Assembly (NCBI GenBank): GCA_963706955.1
Contig: CAVPOC010000007.1
Location: 1 to 64,000, forward strand
Source of the DNA: an uncultured Verrucomicrobiae bacterium
GTDB lineage: Bacteria; Verrucomicrobiota; Verrucomicrobiia; Chthoniobacterales; Terrimicrobiaceae
DNA length: 64,000 bases
Direction of reading: 5' to 3'
The translations under genes and the position numbers were made by a program. The notes below the pieces were generated by a model. That model worked only from the letters and a program-made list of their open reading frames with translations, was not told the DNA's origin and searched no databases. The stretch's first letter is position 1. Every line of letters begins with the position of its first letter. Below, piece by piece: positions 31,453 through 42,235 of the stretch.

Positions 31453-32967
31453 CTAGGCAAAAGCGAGCGGCAGTTTATCGAGACGATCGTAGAATCGTTG
31501 ACTCGTCTCGTGAAGGTCGTCGAAGAGTTCGCCCATTTTCTCGTATGTCTCCGTCCACTCCGGATTGGGGTTTATCTCCGGTCCAACGTCGACACAGCGT
31601 GCAACTGCGTCTTCCAAATGAGCGAACGTGCCGGTGGCAATTCCGGCGAGGATCGCGCATCCGACCACACCGCATTCAGCGTTGTTGACCACCACGATGG
31701 GGCAGCCGTAGACGCTCGCTTTTATTTCAAGCCAGAGACGCGTTTTCGCGCCCCCGCCGCTCGCCACTAAACGCTCCATGCTATGTCCGGCTGCTTTCAT
31801 AAGGCGAAGGTTGCGTCGCGCGGCAAAAGCGACCCCTTCCATCACAGCGCGATGCAGATGGGCGATGCCGTGACCGCTCGTCAAACCGAAGAATTGCGCC
31901 CGGGCGTTCTGGTGAGGGCCAAGCCGCTCTCCGTTCAGATAGGGCACGAAAAGTAAATGGTCCGAACCGGCGGGAGCCGACTGGGCGAGTTCAACGATCT
32001 GCTGGTAAGAGTATTCGTTTTGATGAAAGGCGCGTCGTGCCCAGCGCATCGCGTCTCCCCCCGCGTCGAGGATGGTAAAAGCGTTCCAGTTTTGGCCGTC
32101 AACGCTCATCACGTTTGTAATCGTTGGATCCAATGTGGGATCACTGGTACAGAGTGTCACCAGCGTCGAGGTGCCGGTGGAATCTGATCCCGTGCCCGGA
32201 CGAAAGACGCCGGAACCGAGCAAGCTGGCGGGAAAATCTCCGACCCCGGTGATTACTGGAATTCCCTCGGGTAATCCGGTTTGCTCGGCCGCCTGCCGGG
32301 TTACTTCGCCGACATACTCTGCCGGGAGCTTTAACGGAGGAAGAAGATCATAGTTGAGGTCAAGGAGTTCTGTAATCTTTCGGCTCCAGCCGTTTTCCTG
32401 ATAGCTAAAGAGAAAGCTGCAGGAAGCCTCGGGGTAGTCGATTGCGCGTTGATTCGTCAGCTTGAAGTTGACGTAATCCTTCGGCATGAGCAGCGTCGCC
32501 GCTCGCCGGTAGGCTTCCGGATGATTCTCCTTGATCCAGGCTAACTTGAAGGCTTGCCATGCTGAGGCAGGAGGGTTCGCCGTAATCCTCAAGAGCTCAT
32601 CAACCGGATGATTTTGCTCGAAACGAGCGACCAGGTCACGAGTGCGTTTGTCATTCCATAGCGGAACTGCGTCCAGCACGAGCTCCCCTCCCGAATCAAT
32701 CAAGACGGTCGCATGCATTTGTCCGCAGGCCGCAACCGCAGCAATTCGTTCGGCCGCGCCGCTGAGCGATTTTAGAACTGAGCGCGTGGTTTCGACCGCT
32801 CCCTCCCACCATTGGCTGGGTCGCTGCTCAGCCCAACCGGGACGCGGGACGATTTGGTCGTGCTCCTTAGCCTCAAACGCCAGAATCTTGCCGTGGACGT
32901 CGACCAACGCCGAGCGAACGCTTCCGGTCCCCACATCGATGGCCAGAAACAAATCGCGCGAGCTCAT
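31453..32967 (-). CDS. FGGY carbohydrate kinase (xylulokinase-like)
   Basis: AIDVGTGSVR, GQMH, LWNDKRT, PKDYVNF, PYLNGER, AVMEGVA, SGGGAK. Confidence 0.92.
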   Translation of the reverse strand: MSSRDLFLAIDVGTGSVRSALVDVHGKILAFEAKEHDQIVPRPGWAEQRPSQWWEGAVETTRSVLKSLSGAAERIAAVAACGQMHATVLIDSGGELVLDAVPLWNDKRTRDLVARFEQNHPVDELLRITANPPASAWQAFKLAWIKENHPEAYRRAATLLMPKDYVNFKLTNQRAIDYPEASCSFLFSYQENGWSRKITELLDLNYDLLPPLKLPAEYVGEVTRQAAEQTGLPEGIPVITGVGDFPASLLGSGVFRPGTGSDSTGTSTLVTLCTSDPTLDPTITNVMSVDGQNWNAFTILDAGGDAMRWARRAFHQNEYSYQQIVELAQSAPAGSDHLLFVPYLNGERLGPHQNARAQFFGLTSGHGIAHLHRAVMEGVAFAARRNLRLMKAAGHSMERLVASGGGAKTRLWLEIKASVYGCPIVVVNNAECGVVGCAILAGIATGTFAHLEDAVARCVDVGPEINPNPEWTETYEKMGELFDDLHETSQRFYDRLDKLPLAFA

Positions 32968-33162
32968 TGGAGATCAATCGTGAGCATCTGTTTCAGGCAA
33001 AGGCATGCCAAGCCACTGAGGAGGCTAGGACCACCAATATGTTTTGGAGCGGATGGATGTGAAAATACGAAAGCGTGCCCGGGAAAGCCAGCAGCTCTTC
33101 AGCCTTCATCCCGTTCGTCCGATTGATGCTCGCCCCGAGCCGGGTCGCAGTCGGCTGAGCGC

Positions 33163-33935
33163 TCACCAGCAAGTGTATCCGCCGTCGACGACAAGATTAC
33201 TGCCGGTAAAAAAGCTGCTCGCGTCCGACGCGAGAAAGACGACCGTGGCTGCAACCTCGCGTGGTTCACCTACCCGTCCCATCGGCGTGAATTTGAGCCA
33301 ATCATCATACCACTCGGTTCTCGCCATGCCCTTCTTGGTCAGCTCGGTTCCGATATACCCAGGCGAAACGGAATTGACTCGCACGCCACGCTTGGCCCAT
33401 TCCCCGGCCAGTGATTTGGTAAGCATAATCACCCCGCCTTTCGATGCATTATAAGCGGATTGCGGTTGTGGGGTATTCGAAATAATACCCGACATGGAAG
33501 CGGTGTTAATGATGCTGCCCTTGCCTTGCTGCAGCATGATCTTGCCGAACTCACGGCAACAAAAGAAAACTGCGTTCAGGTTGACGTTAATTACCCTTAG
33601 CCAATCCTCATCGGAACAGTCTTCCGAAGGGACGTTGCAAGCGATCCCCGCATTATTGAAGGCAATGTCCAGCCGTCCATATTTTTGTTGAAGCTGATCA
33701 GCGACCTTCTTGACCTGTTCGGATTTCGGTCAGATCGGCCTGGAAAAGAAATCTGTGTCGAGTTCCTTGGCAGCCTTTTGCCCTAGCTCTGGATTGATAT
33801 CGACAATTGCGGTTTGCGCACCGCCTTCTCGCAGCGCTTTGACGGTTTCGTACCCGATACCGCTAGCTCCACCTGTAACGACGGCCACTCGCCCATCCAG
33901 TCGGAAATTATAAGAGTCGTCTCATAAGTATGCCA
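33163..33935 (-). CDS. SDR family sugar-alcohol dehydrogenase; frameshifted or 5'-disrupted
   Basis: Upstream frame [18 protein letters not shown], then NNAGI, ASMSG, YNASK, DGGYTCW; indel(s) near 33725-33750. Confidence 0.8.
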
Positions 33936-34196
33936 TATTAATCGTCTAAGTGCCTAACTTACTAGGATTACCGCCGTGTCAGAACTCCGGACGGGAGCAG
34001 GTACGGCGACAAGGATAATGATACCCTTGACAACCAATGCCACAAAAAATAGGGGCGATGTTGCTTATCGAGGGGAAAGATTTTGTTACCCAGGGAAAGC
34101 GAGGCTCCTCGCTCGTTGAGATTATTGAGACGCTACTCTCGCAGGAGGCGCTGCTTGGAAACAGCGCTGGGGACAGCGCCACGACACAGTGGAGAC

Positions 34197-35222
34197 CTAC
34201 GAGACGGCGACGGGCTTGCTTCTCAAGCGTTTGACAGTCTCAGGTTGGGCGACCCGGCAGCTGATGGGCGGCAGGCCTCGCAGAAGGAGTTCGACGTCGC
34301 TCACGACCAGGTTTCCGATCTCGGTAAACGCTTCCTGAATACCTCCGGAGCGATGAGCGGATAGGACCACATTCGGAAGGTCACGTAACCGGTGGTCTTT
34401 AGGAAATGGTTCTTCCGGAAAAACATCGGTCGCTACCTTGAGATGCCCCGACTCTGCGGCAGAGACGAGTGCTTCGAAGTCGACTACGCCGGCTCGGCTC
34501 ATCAGCACGAAGAGGCCCCCACGCCGAATAAGCGAAAGCTCACGCGCACTCAAGAAGCCTTGATTTTCGGCAGTGACGCTCGCGAAAACAAAAATTGCGT
34601 CCGACGTGGAGAGCAACTCATCGAGGGGGGATGGCGAGCAGTCATTGTTGAGGATTTCGCGTTCAGGCAACCATGGATCGTAAACTTTGACGGGACAGCG
34701 GAATGGGCGCAGTAACGGGCGAAATGCCCGCGCCAGATCTCCATAGCCGATGATTCCGACTCGACAACCGGTGAGGAGAAAGCAATCCCGATTGCTCTCC
34801 AACCCGTAGATCTCGTTCCGTTCGCGGAACGCGCGATCACTGTTGCTGACACCTCGGGCAAGATCGAGAGCGAGCGCAAGAGCCATTTCAGCGACGGCGA
34901 GGGCGAAGGCCGGACTTGCCACGAGCACACGAATGTTGTGCGCGAAGCAATAGTCGTAGTCGATGTTGGGAAGGAAGTTGCCTTCGACATTGAAAATCGC
35001 TCGCAGTTTCTGGCAGCGGGCTAACCTTTCCCGGGGCAGGTCGGTTTGACCAATGATTAGCTCTGCGTCCGTTAGCGCGGATTCGACCATTTCGGCCGGC
35101 ATCGCCCCCGAGTCGAAAATGGTGAGATCCGCCAGTTCGGCGAGTTTGTTGTGCGCTCGTTCGTTGAAAATCAGCTTCATGGTCCGAGGATGGGGGTCAA
35201 TGATGATTCTCGGCTTACTCAT
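34197..35222 (-). CDS. D-2-hydroxyacid dehydrogenase family protein
   Basis: GIIGYGDLAR, VYDPW, MSRAGVVD, DVFPEEP, LSAHRSG. Confidence 0.88.
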   Translation of the reverse strand: MSKPRIIIDPHPRTMKLIFNERAHNKLAELADLTIFDSGAMPAEMVESALTDAELIIGQTDLPRERLARCQKLRAIFNVEGNFLPNIDYDYCFAHNIRVLVASPAFALAVAEMALALALDLARGVSNSDRAFRERNEIYGLESNRDCFLLTGCRVGIIGYGDLARAFRPLLRPFRCPVKVYDPWLPEREILNNDCSPSPLDELLSTSDAIFVFASVTAENQGFLSARELSLIRRGGLFVLMSRAGVVDFEALVSAAESGHLKVATDVFPEEPFPKDHRLRDLPNVVLSAHRSGGIQEAFTEIGNLVVSDVELLLRGLPPISCRVAQPETVKRLRSKPVAVS

Positions 35223-35384
35223 GTCCGCGATTGGAGGCTCCAGTGACCAACATCGTGCCCAAACTATTGTCTAGATTCCGGATTGTCACTGGGTAACTGG
35301 CGCGCACAAGATCACCCGGGGGACTGGGCAACGCCAAGAGCGATGAGTATTTCGTCGAGACTCATTTCGTGATTATGCTCCGGC

Positions 35385-36074
35385 ATGCTGAAGATTTCCT
35401 GCAAAGCGCTCTTGTTTGATATGGACGGAGTTCTGGTTGATTCCACGCCAGCGGTGGCGCGGGTTTGGTCATGGTGGGCGCGACGGCACGGCTTTGATCC
35501 GATAAAAACAGTCCACGAGGCCCATGGTCGTCCGAGCATCGCTACGATTCGCGAGCTCCTTCCCGACGCAGATCATGAAGCTGAGAACCGCGAAGTAGAA
35601 CGCCGTGAGATTCTCGATGTCGAGGGTGTCATTCCACTCGCCGGTGTCCACAGACTGCTCACCTCTCTGCCGGCGGATCGCTGGACGATCGTCACGTCAG
35701 GCACAAAGCCGCTGGCAGATGTGCGGCTACGCGTGGCCGGGATTGCTCCGCCAGCGCAGTTCATCACCGCAGCCGATATCACCGTCGGCAAGCCCGATCC
35801 CGAACCTTATTTGAAGGGAGCGGCCTTGCTTGGCTTTGCTCCGCAAGATTGCATTGTCGTCGAGGATGCCTCCGCTGGAGTCCGTTCGGGCAAAGCGGCG
35901 GGGGCGCGTGTCCTCGCAGTTCTAAGCACTGAAACAAACGAGGCACTCATCGACTTAGGCGCGGACTGGATCATCAAGGACTGCAGCTCGCTCGCATTGA
36001 ATGGAGCGACGCCATCCGGAGATCTCCTTCTTGAAGCCACTTTGGCGGGTGCTCAGCCAACGACAAGAGGATAA
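35385..36074 (+). CDS. HAD family sugar phosphatase (YfbT-like)
   Basis: FDMDGVLVDS, VTSG, GKPDPEPY, VEDASAG. Confidence 0.9.
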   Translation: MLKISCKALLFDMDGVLVDSTPAVARVWSWWARRHGFDPIKTVHEAHGRPSIATIRELLPDADHEAENREVERREILDVEGVIPLAGVHRLLTSLPADRWTIVTSGTKPLADVRLRVAGIAPPAQFITAADITVGKPDPEPYLKGAALLGFAPQDCIVVEDASAGVRSGKAAGARVLAVLSTETNEALIDLGADWIIKDCSSLALNGATPSGDLLLEATLAGAQPTTRG

Positions 36075-36101
36075 CTAAGGATGACGGAAAGTGGCGTCCG
36101 C

Positions 36102-36161
36102 TGTAGCGGCGGTGTCCGCACCGCCGAAAACACCCTCGACGATGAGGACATCGTCGCTACA
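36102..36161. repeat. GTAG-type REP-like palindromic element
   Basis: TGTAGCGGCGGTGTCC...GGACATCGTCGCTACA between convergent genes; homologues at 40998 and 63076. Confidence 0.8.
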
Positions 36162-36236
36162 ACAGCCCTCGACCGAATGTGGTTCTAAGCTAGAGAAAAG
36201 CCAGCTTAGCGAAATGCTGAGCCAAATTTCCACCGC

Positions 36237-37394
36237 TCAGGTCTCTGGCAACTTGGTCCAAACGGCACCAGCTTTCGCACTTTGCACAGCAGCTGCGATG
36301 AACGCCATACCTTCAACTCCGTCGTCAACGTTCGGAAAATCGAGGTCCTGTGGGGGCGGCTGACCAGCCACCTCGGCTTCGATGGCGCGGCTTGCCTCGA
36401 GATAGATATTGGCGAAGGCTTCAAGGAACGCTTCTGGATGACCGGCTGGCAGTCGCGTAAAGCGCTTGGCGGCGTCGCTCAGATAGCTATTTCCGCGCCG
36501 GTAAGTTTGCCGGGGAGCATCCTGAAATTTCACAACAAGCTCGTTCGGATGTTCCTGATGCCACTCTAAAGATGCCTTTGTGCCATAAACCCGGATCGTC
36601 AGATTGTTCTCCTCGCCAGCGGAGATCTGCGAGGCATAGAGCACACCGCGCGCGCCATCCTGGTAGCGCACGAGCATGTTACCATCGTCTTCAAGCCGCC
36701 GGCCTTCGACAAACGAGGTAAAGTCAGCGCACAGTTCTTCGATTTCCAGGCCGCTAATGTAGCGAGCCAAATTTTCGCCGTGGGTGCCGATGTCGCCGAT
36801 GCAGCCACTGGCGCCGGCCCGCTCCGGATCGGTGCGCCACGAGGCCTGCTTTTGTCCTTCCTGATCGATCGGATTGAGCAGCCACCCCTGAGGGTACTCG
36901 GTCACGATCTTGAGAATCTTGCCGAGTTCGCCGCCGCGCACCATGGCACGCGCCTCTTTCACCATCGGGTAGCCCGTATAGTTGTGCGTGAGGGCGAAGA
37001 CCTTTCCGCTTTTCCGGACAACCTCTCGTAATTTCAACGCTTCTTCGAGATTCAATGTCATTGGCTTGTCACAAATGACGTTGAAACCGGCCTCGAGGAA
37101 CGTTTTGGCCGCCGGATAATGCGCGAAGTTTGGAGTGACGATGGAGACAAAATCGATGCGTTGGTCCGCTGGCAATGCGGCTTCTTGTTTGGCCATTGCC
37201 TCGTAGCTGTCATAAACCCTGTCGGGACTTAGCAAGAACAGCGCCCCGCTTTCGTGCGACTTTTTCGGGTTGGATGAAAACGCGCCCGCAACAAGTTCGA
37301 TGCGGCCATCGAGGTTAGCGGCGAAGCGGTGCACGGCTCCGATAAATGCGTCTTTGCCGCCGCCGACCATTCCCATTCTTAGTTTGCGTGTCAT
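36237..37394 (-). CDS. Gfo/Idh/MocA family oxidoreductase
   Basis: MTRKLRMGMVGGG...FIGAVH, CDKP, DIGTH, GHPEAFLEAF. Start reassigned to 37394. Confidence 0.92.
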   Translation of the reverse strand: MTRKLRMGMVGGGKDAFIGAVHRFAANLDGRIELVAGAFSSNPKKSHESGALFLLSPDRVYDSYEAMAKQEAALPADQRIDFVSIVTPNFAHYPAAKTFLEAGFNVICDKPMTLNLEEALKLREVVRKSGKVFALTHNYTGYPMVKEARAMVRGGELGKILKIVTEYPQGWLLNPIDQEGQKQASWRTDPERAGASGCIGDIGTHGENLARYISGLEIEELCADFTSFVEGRRLEDDGNMLVRYQDGARGVLYASQISAGEENNLTIRVYGTKASLEWHQEHPNELVVKFQDAPRQTYRRGNSYLSDAAKRFTRLPAGHPEAFLEAFANIYLEASRAIEAEVAGQPPPQDLDFPNVDDGVEGMAFIAAAVQSAKAGAVWTKLPET

Positions 37395-37410
37395 TTCGGA
37401 AAATCTCTTT

Positions 37411-38448
37411 CTAATTCTTTTTCTTTTCGAACGCAGAATCGAAGGCGATTCCGCTGGGCGTGAAATCGTAATTCCGAACGATCCGGCAGGCTTCAGCGCC
37501 TCCATGGACTCGATCCATGCGGATGTCCTCCCATTCAATGGAGAGCGGACCCTGGTAGCCGATATCGTTGAGCGCCACAATGATGTCCTCGAATTTGACG
37601 TCACCATGACCGATTGATCGAAAATCCCAGTAACGTCTGTGGTCGCCAAAGTCGGTGTGACCCCCAAAGACGCCGGCATCGCCGTTACCGTGTCCCCACC
37701 ACGCATCCTTCATATGCGCATGGTAGATACGATCAGGAAACTGTCGGATGAACTTCACGTAGTCGACCCCTTGATAACCGAGATGTGAGGGATCGTAATT
37801 GAAGCCGAAGCGTTTGTGTTCCTTGACGGCATCCAGAGCGCGCTGAGCGGAAGCGATATCGAAAGCGATCTCAGTCGGGTGGACTTCGAGGGCGAAATTT
37901 ACGTCGACTTCCTCGAAGACGTCCAAAATAGGAATGAATCTGCGGGCGAAGTCATCGAAGCCTTTTTGCAAGAAGGCTTGGCTGGTAGGCGGAAAGGCAT
38001 AGCAGGCGTGCCAGATGCTCGAACCGCTAAAGCCGTTGACTACGGCAGGAAAATCCAGGTCGCGATGGGGCTTCGCGTCCAGGAAGCGGCGGCAGGCCCG
38101 CGCGGTCAGTTTGAGCTGTTCGGCAGCGCGTTGTCGGACCCCCTCAGGATCACCATCTCCCCAAATGGTTGGGGGAAGGATGGCCTGGTGACGCTCATCG
38201 ATGAGATCGCAGACCGCCTGACCAACCAGATGGTTGGAAACTCCGAAGGCCGTCAGGCCAGCATCAGTCAGAATGCTCCAGCGTTCCTTGCAGTAATCTG
38301 AAGAATCGGCAGCTTGGTTGACGTCAAAATGGTCACCCCAACAGGCGAGCTCCAATCCGTCGAAGCCCATCTTTTTGGCGAGCGGCGCAAGTTCCGTGAG
38401 GGGAAGATCGGCCCATTGGCCGGTGAAGAGAGTTACAGGTCTGGCCAT
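37411..38448 (-). CDS. Sugar phosphate isomerase/epimerase (xylose isomerase-like TIM barrel)
   Basis: [37 protein letters not shown]. Confidence 0.9.
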   Translation of the reverse strand: MARPVTLFTGQWADLPLTELAPLAKKMGFDGLELACWGDHFDVNQAADSSDYCKERWSILTDAGLTAFGVSNHLVGQAVCDLIDERHQAILPPTIWGDGDPEGVRQRAAEQLKLTARACRRFLDAKPHRDLDFPAVVNGFSGSSIWHACYAFPPTSQAFLQKGFDDFARRFIPILDVFEEVDVNFALEVHPTEIAFDIASAQRALDAVKEHKRFGFNYDPSHLGYQGVDYVKFIRQFPDRIYHAHMKDAWWGHGNGDAGVFGGHTDFGDHRRYWDFRSIGHGDVKFEDIIVALNDIGYQGPLSIEWEDIRMDRVHGGAEACRIVRNYDFTPSGIAFDSAFEKKKN

Positions 38449-38673
38449 TCACATATGCAACAGAACTCGCCACGGCACGACAAATAGAAAAACACAGTTT
38501 CCATCCCGGCCTGAAGGCATGACTTGGCGATCGAGGGAAGCCCCCACCTGCTTTCTTGCGCGAAAAACGTCCAAAATTTGAGGCGTTTGTTCTATACGAG
38601 TGGAGATGTGAGGCTAGTCTCCTAGGCGAGGAGGAGCTGCGCACCAACCGCGCGTGAATCGAAGAATAAGCAA

Positions 38674-39807
38674 ATGAAAGCGAAAGAAGATGGATCAGTA
38701 AAGATCAGCAATTTGGTCAAGACGTATACCGATGATCGAGGGCGGCCGACCTTTACGGCGGTCAAGAACATCAATTTGGAGATCAAGGACGGGGAGTTCA
38801 TGGTGTTGGTGGGTCCCTCTGGGTGCGGGAAGTCGACGACCTTGCGGATGGTAGCCGGGCTGGAGAAGATCTCCAGCGGGACGATCTCCATTGGGGGCAA
38901 GGTGGTCAACGATCTGGAGCCGAAGGATCGAGGGATTTCGATGGTCTTTCAGAGCTATGCGCTCTATCCGCACATGAATTTGTTTAACAACATGGCCTTT
39001 GGGCTGAAGCTGGCCAAGAAGCCCAAGGAGTTTATTTCCGATATCGTGGGGAGGACTTCGAAGGCGTTGGGGTTGGATCACATGCTGGAGCGCAAGCCGG
39101 GAGCGTTATCAGGAGGGCAGCGGCAGCGGGTGGCCTTGGGACGGGCGATCGTGCGCAATCCGATAGTATTTTTGTTTGACGAGCCGTTATCGAACCTGGA
39201 TGCGAAGATGCGGGTGCAGATGCGTTCGGAGATATCGCGGCTGCATGCGGAGTTGGGCTCGACGATGATCTATGTGACCCACGATCAGGTGGAGGCGATG
39301 ACGATGGGCGATCGGATCTGTGTGATGCGCGACGGCTTGATCATGCAGGTGGCCGATCCGCTGACCTTGTTTCGACAGCCGGAGAACCTGTTTGTGGCCG
39401 GGTTCATCGGGAGTCCGCCGATGAACTTGCTCAAGGGGAAGATCCAGAAAGGGGACGGGGGTCTTGTCTTTGTTGAAAACGCGGACGCCAATCCGCTGAC
39501 CCTGCCCTTGCAGGGCAATGCGGAAGCGGTGGCCGCCAAGCACGTGGATAAAGAAGTGGTCTTTGGGATTCGGCCGGAGCAGATCGGCAACGAGCCCGAT
39601 GGCGCAATTGGACCGATACCCATGAAAGTGGAGATCGCTGAGCCGATGGGGTCCGAGTCGCTGGTCTATCTGAAGACGGGCTCGGGGAGCGTGATCGCCC
39701 GCATTCAGGGCGACCACATCTTTCATCTCGGCGAAGACGTGCCGGCCTACTTCGACATGGACAAGGCCACCCTCTTCGATCCCAAAACCGAACAGGTGCT
39801 GAAGTAA
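38674..39807 (+). CDS. MalK/MsiK-type sugar ABC transporter ATPase
   Basis: [48 protein letters not shown]-like C-terminus. Confidence 0.95.
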   Translation: MKAKEDGSVKISNLVKTYTDDRGRPTFTAVKNINLEIKDGEFMVLVGPSGCGKSTTLRMVAGLEKISSGTISIGGKVVNDLEPKDRGISMVFQSYALYPHMNLFNNMAFGLKLAKKPKEFISDIVGRTSKALGLDHMLERKPGALSGGQRQRVALGRAIVRNPIVFLFDEPLSNLDAKMRVQMRSEISRLHAELGSTMIYVTHDQVEAMTMGDRICVMRDGLIMQVADPLTLFRQPENLFVAGFIGSPPMNLLKGKIQKGDGGLVFVENADANPLTLPLQGNAEAVAAKHVDKEVVFGIRPEQIGNEPDGAIGPIPMKVEIAEPMGSESLVYLKTGSGSVIARIQGDHIFHLGEDVPAYFDMDKATLFDPKTEQVLK

Positions 39808-39884
39808 GTTTTAATTGTTAAGAATTAAGCTTTAAATGCGCCGCGAAGTCGTTTGCTTAAAACTTACAATCTTAAAACTTAACA
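39805..39884. repeat. AT-rich heptamer-like tandem repeats arranged as an inverted pair
   Basis: TAAGTTT TAATTGT TAAGAAT TAAGCTT...TTAAAAC TTACAATC TTAAAAC TTAACA, directly after the ATPase stop. Confidence 0.65.
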
Positions 39885-40953
39885 CCCTACGTTACAGACC
39901 ACATCTTCGGCACAAGGCATAGCGATCGCGGTTGCGCGACTTACCCACGGCCACGTCTCCTGGATTTTTGAGCGCGCTGAGAAGCGGGACATTGAAGTTG
40001 TCGGCATCTACGAACCCGATCGCGAAGTAGCGGACCGGTACGCTCGCAAGTTCGGGTTCGATCGGTGTCTTCTCCATACTGATCTGCCCAGGATGCTCGA
40101 TGCCACCCGGCCGCGGACGGTTGCGGCATTTGGCCCCATTGCCGAGCACGTCGCGGTGGTCGAAGCGGCCGCTCCTCGTGGTATTCACGTCATGGTGGAA
40201 AAGCCTCTCGCGTTCAGCCTAGAAGACGCGATGCGGATTGAAGCTCTGGCAAAACGACATGGCATTCACGTGCTGACCAACTACGAGACGACGTGGTATC
40301 CGAGCGGCAATTCCGCCTATGAACTGGTGCACAACAAAGGAGCCATCGGTCCGATCCGGAAGTTGATCATCCGCGACGGACACTTCGGCCCAAAAGAACT
40401 CGATGTTCCGTCCGAGTTTCTCTCCTGGCTTACTGATCCGAAACAGAACGGCGGTGGCGCATTGATCGACTTCGGATGTTACGGTGCAAATTTAGCGACG
40501 TGGTTGATGCGTGGCGCGCTCCCGAATTCTGTCACCGCGGTGACCCAGCAATTGAAAAACGATGCGACCTACTTGCGCGTAGATGACGAAGCAACAATTA
40601 TTCTCACCTATGCGAATGCACAGGCAATCATTCAAGGATCGTGGAATTGGCCCGACCATCGCAAGGATCTCGAGATCTTTGGCACCCATGGTTATGTTTT
40701 CACCCCCGACGCAACCAACGTCCGCATGCGCCTGCGGGGCGAACCCGCCGAAAGGTCAGTTGCGACCACAGAATTAGACAGGAACTACGACAACTGCTTC
40801 GCCTATCTGGCCGCAGTCGTTCGTGGCGAGTTGCCAGTTGAAAAGACTGACCGCTCCTCACTGGCGAACAACCTCATCGTCGTTCGTATTCTCGACGCTG
40901 CGCGACGCTCTGCGCAAACCCGACAGACTATTATCTTGGAGGGTGAATGCTAA
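39883..40953 (+). CDS. Gfo/Idh/MocA oxidoreductase; 5' end has no start codon
   Basis: Frame is open from 39883 (IAIAVARLTHGHV...) without an ATG; VEKP, DFGCYG, SWNWP motifs. Confidence 0.8.
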   Translation, partial: HPTLQTTSSAQGIAIAVARLTHGHVSWIFERAEKRDIEVVGIYEPDREVADRYARKFGFDRCLLHTDLPRMLDATRPRTVAAFGPIAEHVAVVEAAAPRGIHVMVEKPLAFSLEDAMRIEALAKRHGIHVLTNYETTWYPSGNSAYELVHNKGAIGPIRKLIIRDGHFGPKELDVPSEFLSWLTDPKQNGGGALIDFGCYGANLATWLMRGALPNSVTAVTQQLKNDATYLRVDDEATIILTYANAQAIIQGSWNWPDHRKDLEIFGTHGYVFTPDATNVRMRLRGEPAERSVATTELDRNYDNCFAYLAAVVRGELPVEKTDRSSLANNLIVVRILDAARRSAQTRQTIILEGEC

Positions 40954-40997
40954 ATCGATCTGATGAGACTTATTAAAAAGTTGTCACGCTCGTTAGC

Positions 40998-41055
40998 TGT
41001 AGCGGCGGTGTCCCACCGCCGAAGAACCCTCGACCGTGAGGACACGGTCGCTACA
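40998..41055. repeat. GTAG-type REP-like palindromic element
   Basis: TGTAGCGGCGGTGTCCCACCGCCG...GAGGACACGGTCGCTACA. Confidence 0.8.
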
Positions 41056-41113
41056 ATGCACTCTTTGTCGATTGTAGTTCAACTTTTAATCTAAGCTTAC
41101 TGGAAACCCCTTT

Positions 41114-42235
41114 ATGACGGCAACTAACAACTCTATTCGCGTTGCGCTCATCGGCTATGGCTTCGTGGGCAAGGCGTTTCACGCGCCGCTGATCAAGTCC
41201 GTGCCAGGCTTCGAGATCGCCGTCGTCGGCTCGCGAGACCCTGCAAAGGTGCACGCAGATCTGCCGGCCGCGCATGTAATTGCCGATCCCAAGGAAGCGG
41301 CTACCAACGCCAAGGTCGATCTTGTTGTCATTGCCAGCCCCAACGAGACTCATGTCCCGCTGGCGACCGCTGCGTTGAATGCAGGCAAGGATGTGGTGAT
41401 CGATAAGCCATTCACGGTCACGCTCGCGGAAGCGCGCAAACTCACCGAGTTGGCACTGAAACAGAAACGGCTTCTTTCGGTATTTCAGAACCGCCGCTGG
41501 GATAGCGAGTTCCTGGGAGCGCGTGCGGCGATCGAGGAGGGTCGGCTCGGTGAGGTTCTCCACTTTGAATCCCACTTTGATCGTTTCCGCCCTGAGGTGC
41601 GTCCGCGGTGGCGCGAAACACCCGGGCCGGGTTCGGGGGTGTGGTATGATCTCGGTCCGCACCTCGCGGACCAAGCGCTGCAGCTATTCGGATTGCCAAA
41701 AACAATTGCCGGGAATTTGACGGTGCAGCGCCGTGAGGCGAAGACCGACGACTGGTTTCATGTCCTGCTGAACTACGATCGTCTCCGCGTGATTTTGCAC
41801 GGTTCGGTCGTTGTTGCCGGAGGCACTCCCCGTATGGCCATCCATGGCACTGGCGGCAGCTGGCTAAAATACGGATTGGACGTTCAGGAGGAACAACTCA
41901 TCAGTGGTGTGATTCCTGGACAGCCAGGCTGGGGTCAGGATCCTCGACCAGCCCTCTTCTACAATGGCCGAGATAGCCAACCTCTTGAGCTCCCTCTCCC
42001 CGCCGGCGATCAGCGCCAATACTATTTTGGAATTCGCGATGCCATTCGCAACGAAGGAGCGAATCCGGTCTCCCCCGCACAGGCAGTCGCAGTGATGGCG
42101 GTCCTGGAAACAGCCATCGAATCTTCGACCTCGGGCAAAGTGTTGCCGCTTCCCCTCACGGAGGCTGAGCAGGCCGCCTGGCAACAGTCGGTTGACCGGG
42201 CGGCTCGCGGAAACCCGCGGACGCCGGGCTCCTGA
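41114..42235 (+). CDS. Gfo/Idh/MocA oxidoreductase (YdgJ/IolW-like)
   Basis: LIGYGFVGKAFHAP, DKPF, QNRRWD, FDRFRP, DLGPHL, LDVQE. Confidence 0.9.
   Translation: MTATNNSIRVALIGYGFVGKAFHAPLIKSVPGFEIAVVGSRDPAKVHADLPAAHVIADPKEAATNAKVDLVVIASPNETHVPLATAALNAGKDVVIDKPFTVTLAEARKLTELALKQKRLLSVFQNRRWDSEFLGARAAIEEGRLGEVLHFESHFDRFRPEVRPRWRETPGPGSGVWYDLGPHLADQALQLFGLPKTIAGNLTVQRREAKTDDWFHVLLNYDRLRVILHGSVVVAGGTPRMAIHGTGGSWLKYGLDVQEEQLISGVIPGQPGWGQDPRPALFYNGRDSQPLELPLPAGDQRQYYFGIRDAIRNEGANPVSPAQAVAVMAVLETAIESSTSGKVLPLPLTEAEQAAWQQSVDRAARGNPRTPGS

Noticed and set aside
40960..40990. CTGATGAGACTT...AAGTT resembling a hammerhead core plus stem II
   Set aside because: Followed by GTCAC, not GAAA; no stem III or cleavage triplet.
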